Below the pieces are notes generated by a model. That model ran no database searches, was not told the origin of the DNA, and worked only from the letters and a program-made list of their open reading frames with translations. The translations under genes were made by a program, and so were the position numbers. A DNA stretch of 64,000 nt from a virus: IMG/VR virus record IMGVR_UViG_3300042975_000098; one strand, given 5' to 3'. This document shows, piece by piece, positions 59,601-64,000 of this stretch (the stretch's first letter is position 1; every line of letters begins with the position of its first letter).

Positions 59601-60569
59601 GGAATCTCCGAGAAGCTGTCGGCCGATATCGTCGCGTACCGCCAGCGTCACGGCCGGTTCGCAAGCGTTGATGACTTCATGCGCAACGCGCCGGACGGAC
59701 TCATCAACGCGGCGACGCTGACCACGCTGGCGAACGTAGGCGCGTTCGACGGGCTGGGCGTGAACAGGCGCGCGCTCGCCACGTCGGCGGCCGAGGTCGT
59801 GGCGTTCTACAAGGACGTGTCGAGGAACGCGACCAGGGGGCAGCGCTCCATCTTCGACGTCATGGGGTCGAACGACCATGACGTGTACCAGTTCCCGGAC
59901 ATCGAGGACTGGTCGTTCATCGACAAGCTGAAGATGGAGAAGACGATCGCCGGCACGTACGTGTCCGCCCGTCCGCTGCAGAACGTGGGCCGCGGCATGT
60001 CCTACCTGCGGGCGGCGTCGAACATCCCCATCATCGCCGCCGACGATCTGAGCAGGGCCACCGGCCGCGGCACGTTCCGCACGCTCGCGTTCCTCACCGG
60101 CATCGAACGCAGGACGAGCCGTAAGGGAACGCCGTTCTACCGTCTGAACATCGATGGTGATGAGACGTCGACCCCGGCCATGATATTCGGCGGTCAGGTT
60201 GATGCTATCGAGCAGTCCGACGCGAACCTCGTCGACGGGTCTCTCTACCTGGTGTCCGGGAAGTACTACAACGGGTACAACGACCGCATGACCTACTCGA
60301 TCGAATCGGTGACGCCGATGGAGCTCGCACGGGACGGCCGCATGCCGCTATGGGTGCGACTCACCGAGGCCAGCGCCGAAGCCGCCGAGAAGATCATCAA
60401 GCGCGAACTCGCCCGCCACCCCGGTGACCTGCCGGTGTTCTTCTCCGTGAAGCTTCACGATGGCACCATCGACAACCACTATAGCGGCCTGTCGATAAGC
60501 GATGACGATGAATCGATCATGGAACTAGAGGACGCCATCGGTAGCAAGCGCATGGGCGTTTGGGAATGA
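56694..60569 (+). CDS. dnaE: DNA polymerase III alpha subunit
   Basis: LHNHSEYSLLDG, TDHG, GRGSAGGS, FERFLNPER, PDVDTDF, KMDFL and YAFNKAHS. Confidence 0.96.
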   Translation: MDGFVNLHNHSEYSLLDGFSHVDEYIHRAWSLGQDAVGLTDHGNLHGVYQLVSRALASSHVADGNGRPQEPVYVKPIPGVEAYMAPLNPLGAKVRKPVYYGTPSQRHMDVSARGSYLHLTLLAQNDTGWHNLIKLVTAGSTPETFRQHPRIDMDMLARYADGLIAFTGCPSGEIATRFRLGQDDKAYEYARRMKDLFPGRYYVEVMNHRMKSDIERVVLGKLRRMSDDLSIPLVVTNDCHYAMPEDAKHQEEMLAAQSNASMLDAATYDGGPRFAFDSHQYYMKSADDMLKLFPESEWPNAVADAIAIRDGVHVNPDDDMSGRIADGLAAAVMTGSGVADDVVSLVSMLGERMTGEGILRRCADAGVAEGGADASTVGRRALALFTPDDGIDIKLRHDLRPVVPVPDGETEESMFQKQINAGFKRKYVDEKADPAIMVEAKKRIAHEYPVFANNNFIQYMLVVADYINKAREMGVSVGRGRGSAGGSIIAYLMDIVRVDPIKNNLIFERFLNPERLSPPDVDTDFASSRKNDVLQYVQRKYGNDKISNVIVFTTFKPRTAWSDMARIYRIPIYESNRVKGLIPEEKDMTLASLFDRNSKFYDKAADFREAVKAYPQVLEAALAIEGRVKTTTIHPCAVIMADVPISDVAPLAWRPKPKDPWGDWYTQWTYQECEALGLIKMDFLSLIDLDIISWTVANIKKTRGIDISMEDVVKNMDDKPTYDMLGRGDTLGVFQMGSSNFQDLMIRMKPTRFDDISAGVALYRPGPMDMGAHIAYADAKNGRIKPELLDPSFKDTAIDRILAPTYQKIVYQEQVMQISQQAAGFTMGQADVLRKAMGHKKPETMAAMRTKFVNGCVANGYERGAVEKLWGFIEEFSAYAFNKAHSAAYGQVSYMTAWLKCHYPAEFMSAFMSAHIKEKSKLSEFVDDCGAIGLKVSGIDINESEGKMTPVRKTAPDSPDIVFGLEGLNGISEKLSADIVAYRQRHGRFASVDDFMRNAPDGLINAATLTTLANVGAFDGLGVNRRALATSAAEVVAFYKDVSRNATRGQRSIFDVMGSNDHDVYQFPDIEDWSFIDKLKMEKTIAGTYVSARPLQNVGRGMSYLRAASNIPIIAADDLSRATGRGTFRTLAFLTGIERRTSRKGTPFYRLNIDGDETSTPAMIFGGQVDAIEQSDANLVDGSLYLVSGKYYNGYNDRMTYSIESVTPMELARDGRMPLWVRLTEASAEAAEKIIKRELARHPGDLPVFFSVKLHDGTIDNHYSGLSISDDDESIMELEDAIGSKRMGVWE

Positions 60570-60576
60570 GGTTCAC

Positions 60577-62070
60577 ATGTCTGATGACGATTCACTGAGC
60601 GGGCTGTTCGACTTCGCCGACGCCGCGCCCGCCGATGATGGCGGTTCGACGCCGGAGTCATCGGGCGCCATGCCATCGACTGACGGGCCGTCTCCGAGCG
60701 ACTCGAACTCCGTGCCGGCGTCATCGCCGAGTATCGATGACGTGCCCGCGGACGTTGACGGATCGCCGTCGGCGCCGGCCGCGCCGGCAGTCGATGACAC
60801 CGTGTTCCCGCTCGGCGACGATCAGCCGCTGGCGTCCCCGTTCACGCCCGCGGACGAGGCGGAGCAGCCGCTCAGCGATGATAGGCTTGCGGCGCTGCTC
60901 GATGACGGGTACGACATGGATTCCGATGATGACCTGTCGGCGCCGGAACCGCAGGAGGACATGATTCTCGGCGATGACGAGGAACTGCCCGCACCGAGCG
61001 TGCCCGACGTGCCGCCCGCGGTCGCGCTCGACGACGTGACCGGCCTGCCCATCCCCGAACTGCCGGCCATAGGCGTCGACGACGACGCCGCCGGCTCGCC
61101 AGGCAGCCCGGACATGCCGGCGCCGCCCATCGATGACGATCTGCCGTCGCCGGTGACGACATCGCTACCGACGCCGATGGACATGGGCGAGGATGACGAG
61201 CCATCCACCGCTGATGGCGATGACATCGATGAGGATGATACGCAGTTGTTCGATGACGACCAGTCAACAGATGTTGACGGCGACGACCCCGACGATGACG
61301 ATACGCCAGCCGCCGAGCCTGACGGTGATGACGGAACCGAGTCCGGTGAGAGCGACGACGATGCGGGTGGTAATCCCGGGAAGATCGACGCGCTGAAATC
61401 CAAGTTGGCTTCGTTCTGGCGGCAGGTGAAGACCGAGTTCACTTCCCCGGAGGCGGCGGAGAGAGCCATGAGGGGAGGCGACGGGTCGGAGCCGACGAAC
61501 GCCGACACGGGCGAGTCCGATGATGGCGATGTCGATTCCGATGACGAGCCATCCAAGGAACTGGTGGCGGAACCTGCCGGCGCGAAGAGCAAACCGGGCG
61601 CTGGCGGCGCCGGCAAGGGCGGCGGTTGGCTTGCGCCGTGGAGACTGCTCATCGGCCTGTTCAGAACGGCGGGCAAACTGGTCAGGATAGCCGTGTCGCT
61701 CGCCGGCGTGTTCGCCGTGCTGCTCGTGGTATGGCTAGTGCTCAACGTTCCCGTGGCGATGAACCACACCGAGGCGAACACGATCGCCGCCGACGAGGGT
61801 TCGGTCACCGTGGCCGCGGCGGATTACCATGATGGTCGGGTCAACGTCGAGTTGAGGAACGGCGGCGACATGATAGCGCACGTCCACGCGACCGTGCGAC
61901 TCTACGCCTGGGCACCGCGGTCTGCCGTCACGCTGCTCGCGCCCCGGCGGACCGCCGAGTGCGAACTGGGGTCGGCCGATATCGACCCGGGAGCGGATAG
62001 GACGTTCACCGTCGAATGCCCGGCCGCCGGTCACTGGGTGCGCCCGCGGGTGGTGGTTCAATACCAGTGA
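60577..62070 (+). CDS. Hypothetical protein: very acidic disordered N-terminus, TM, small extracellular beta domain
   Basis: D/P-rich first ~330 aa, a hydrophobic helix and a C-terminal domain with two Cys. Confidence 0.75.
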   Translation: MSDDDSLSGLFDFADAAPADDGGSTPESSGAMPSTDGPSPSDSNSVPASSPSIDDVPADVDGSPSAPAAPAVDDTVFPLGDDQPLASPFTPADEAEQPLSDDRLAALLDDGYDMDSDDDLSAPEPQEDMILGDDEELPAPSVPDVPPAVALDDVTGLPIPELPAIGVDDDAAGSPGSPDMPAPPIDDDLPSPVTTSLPTPMDMGEDDEPSTADGDDIDEDDTQLFDDDQSTDVDGDDPDDDDTPAAEPDGDDGTESGESDDDAGGNPGKIDALKSKLASFWRQVKTEFTSPEAAERAMRGGDGSEPTNADTGESDDGDVDSDDEPSKELVAEPAGAKSKPGAGGAGKGGGWLAPWRLLIGLFRTAGKLVRIAVSLAGVFAVLLVVWLVLNVPVAMNHTEANTIAADEGSVTVAAADYHDGRVNVELRNGGDMIAHVHATVRLYAWAPRSAVTLLAPRRTAECELGSADIDPGADRTFTVECPAAGHWVRPRVVVQYQ

Positions 62071-62089
62071 TCCGTATATTGAACTGTGT

Positions 62090-63874
62090 ATGAGAACTAT
62101 TCTTGACGTCCCGTACATGGAGTCGATGGCCGCTCGCGCGGCCGGCGCCAGGTACGACGCGAAACTGAAGATCACCTATTACGATGGAGCGGCGCCGGCG
62201 GCGCTGGCACGCTGGCTCACCGATGACTACTCGTACTCGCGGTGGGTTGAGGATTCCATGAACGGGGCGGTACGCCCGGTGGCCATGTCGAGCACCGCGT
62301 TCACGCCAAAGCCCCATCAGGTCACCGCGGCGCATGCGATCGCCAGCGCGTGGGCCAAGGGTTCGCCCGGCTTCCTCATCGCCGATTCCACCGGTCTTGG
62401 CAAGACGCTCTCGGTCATCGCCGGCGTGTGCGCGATCGCCAGCGTCCGCGGGTGCTCGAGCGCGCGCCCGTTGAAGACGCTCATCGTCAGCCCGCTCGGC
62501 GCTAAGGGCGTGTGGTCGCAGACGTTGAAATCCTACCCGCCGTCATCGTGTCTTCGCCCGCTGATCATCAACTACCAGCAGTTGAACAAACTGGTGAAGC
62601 CGCCGACGGCTGAGATTCGGCAGCGTTCGCGGGCGAATAAGAGCGGCAGGATATCGACGCATACGAAGAACATGCTCGTGGCTCGCGACGGCACCATGAG
62701 AATACATTTCGACGTCATCGTGTTCGATGAGTCGCATTACCTGAAGAACTACGGTTCCAGCGCGGTGTCCATGCTAGCGGCCACCATCGGCGGGTTGAAC
62801 GCCGAGTATGTTCGCGGTAAATCACCGTTCATCGTGTACAGCACGGCCACACCGGCGTCCACGCCATTCCATTACGCGATCATGGCGCCCACGTTGTCCA
62901 TGCTGCTGAACCCGCGGCTGAAGCATCCGGTGACGCCGGTGAAATGGCCCGAGTTTCTGAAACGCGAGGGGTTCCACGTTCACAAGGCGAAAACATGGTC
63001 ATGGGCGACGGTGCCGTACTGGGGCGCGAAGAGCGATGACCCGAGGGCGGTGGAACGCTACCGCGCCGGCAAGACGAAAGCGGAGCGCGAGCGAAGAGAG
63101 GACTCGGAGCGTATCGGCAAGGCCTGGTCGAGCGAGGGCGCACCGTACATAGCGCGTGAGCCCACCGATCTGCGCGGCTGGCCCAAGCAGCCGGTGAACC
63201 CGTATTACATCTCGCCGACCGCCGACGATCGCGCGCGGTACGAGGAATCGTGGCTTGAGTTCCGGGCATGGCTGAAACTCAAGCGGGCTGGGCAGTCGAA
63301 CCCGCGCGACGGGCTGACGAAACGGCTGCGATTCCGTCAGAAGGCCTCGCTCATCAAGGCCCCCTACGTGGCCGAGCACGCCATCGAACTCGTGGAATCG
63401 GGCATGCAGGTGTTCATCGGCGTCCAGTTCCTCGATACGGTTCGCATCATGGAGCAGGCGCTCGCCAAGGCGCGGGTGTCGTTCGCCGACTGCACGGGAC
63501 TCAGTGATGACAAGCAGGCCGAGCGGCTGAGATTCCAGCGGGGCGAGGCGAAGGTCGTGTTGTGTACGGTCAAGGAGGCCATGTCCTTCCACGCCGGCGA
63601 GATACTGCCCGATGGCACCAGGGCATCCTCCGCACCGCGTATGACCATCATCGCCGACGTTCGCGAGAACCCGAACGATTGCGTCCAGCAGATGGGCAGG
63701 GCCCATAGGGACGGGCAGGAGTCGCCGTGCGAGTTCCCGTTGCTGCTGGGCACTGTCGACGAGAAGGTCATGGGGTCGTTCATCCGGTCGTGCGCGAACA
63801 TGAAGACCATGAAGGCCGACTCGGACCCCGAGTATCTCGACCGCATATTCCTTGGATCGGGCGGGCATCAATAA
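62090..63874 (+). CDS. Superfamily 2 (SNF2-like) helicase/ATPase
   Basis: PKPHQ, IADSTGLGKT, VFDESH, STATP, RFQRG and QQMGRAHRDGQ. Confidence 0.88.
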   Translation: MRTILDVPYMESMAARAAGARYDAKLKITYYDGAAPAALARWLTDDYSYSRWVEDSMNGAVRPVAMSSTAFTPKPHQVTAAHAIASAWAKGSPGFLIADSTGLGKTLSVIAGVCAIASVRGCSSARPLKTLIVSPLGAKGVWSQTLKSYPPSSCLRPLIINYQQLNKLVKPPTAEIRQRSRANKSGRISTHTKNMLVARDGTMRIHFDVIVFDESHYLKNYGSSAVSMLAATIGGLNAEYVRGKSPFIVYSTATPASTPFHYAIMAPTLSMLLNPRLKHPVTPVKWPEFLKREGFHVHKAKTWSWATVPYWGAKSDDPRAVERYRAGKTKAERERREDSERIGKAWSSEGAPYIAREPTDLRGWPKQPVNPYYISPTADDRARYEESWLEFRAWLKLKRAGQSNPRDGLTKRLRFRQKASLIKAPYVAEHAIELVESGMQVFIGVQFLDTVRIMEQALAKARVSFADCTGLSDDKQAERLRFQRGEAKVVLCTVKEAMSFHAGEILPDGTRASSAPRMTIIADVRENPNDCVQQMGRAHRDGQESPCEFPLLLGTVDEKVMGSFIRSCANMKTMKADSDPEYLDRIFLGSGGHQ

Positions 63875-64000
63875 GTGATCGCACAAGTTGTTAGATGGTG
63901 TTCCAGTGGGCATCCAGCCGGAGTTGGTCGCATGTCGTTGGGTAACTGGTAATCGACGTGATATTGGACGGTCGGACATGCTCACGTATGTTCATGTTTG

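Larger units (their letters stand above)
1..64000 (+). mobile_element. Segment of a large conjugative plasmid (megaplasmid) or ICE of a high-GC Gram-positive host
   Basis: Co-oriented mix of conjugation-type genes and divergent copies of replisome/repair genes with many hypotheticals. No ribosomal or central-metabolism genes and no capsid/terminase genes. Confidence 0.8.

Noticed and set aside
1-64000. Long minus-strand and alternate-frame ORFs (e.g. 19580-20860, 24421-25689, 54487-55890, 58629-59879)
   Set aside because: They are shadows of high-GC + strand genes, with no recognisable motifs and no independent start signals.
1-64000. CRISPR array or cas operon (prompted by the Cas4-like gene)
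   Set aside because: No regularly spaced direct repeats, and intergenic gaps are too short to hold an array.
1-64000. Prophage or jumbo phage interpretation (replisome, ThyX, lysozyme domain)
   Set aside because: No terminase, portal, capsid or tail genes are visible. The lysozyme is TM-anchored among conjugation-type genes. A phage-plasmid cannot be fully excluded from one window.

Overview
A 64-kb, high-GC (roughly 65% by eye) segment of what is most likely a large conjugative plasmid (megaplasmid) or ICE of an actinobacterium. The gene content recalls bifidobacterial megaplasmids, but the host is an inference. All ~50 credible genes lie on the + strand. Two gene sets are interleaved. The first is a transfer/envelope set: three VirB6/TrbL-like paralogs, a lysozyme-NlpC/P60 hydrolase, TcpC-like and pilin-like proteins, CpaF/TadA plus TadB, a DivIVA-domain protein and a class A PBP. 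The second is a DNA metabolism set: DnaE, DnaN, HolA-like, DnaB, DnaC-like, SSB, GyrB/ParE, RadA, SbcC/SbcD, a RecB/Cas4-like nuclease, ThyX, HU and an SF2 helicase. The strongest unexplained signal is regulatory. DNA-metabolism genes mostly follow GGTATAAT, while transfer genes mostly follow a different motif, (C/T)GATATT, with seven start codons exactly 8 nt downstream. One GATATT copy instead precedes a ~90-nt structured non-coding RNA candidate. Also found: a duplicated ~125-bp palindromic element whose core is inverted between copies, a shared N-terminal C-C-H-H motif on two otherwise unrelated proteins, a 44-aa ORF missed by the ORF track, and four +1 frameshifts that are probably sequencing errors. 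No CRISPR array, rRNA, canonical tRNA, transposase or phage structural gene was seen. All protein calls come from motif recognition by eye, not database searches.
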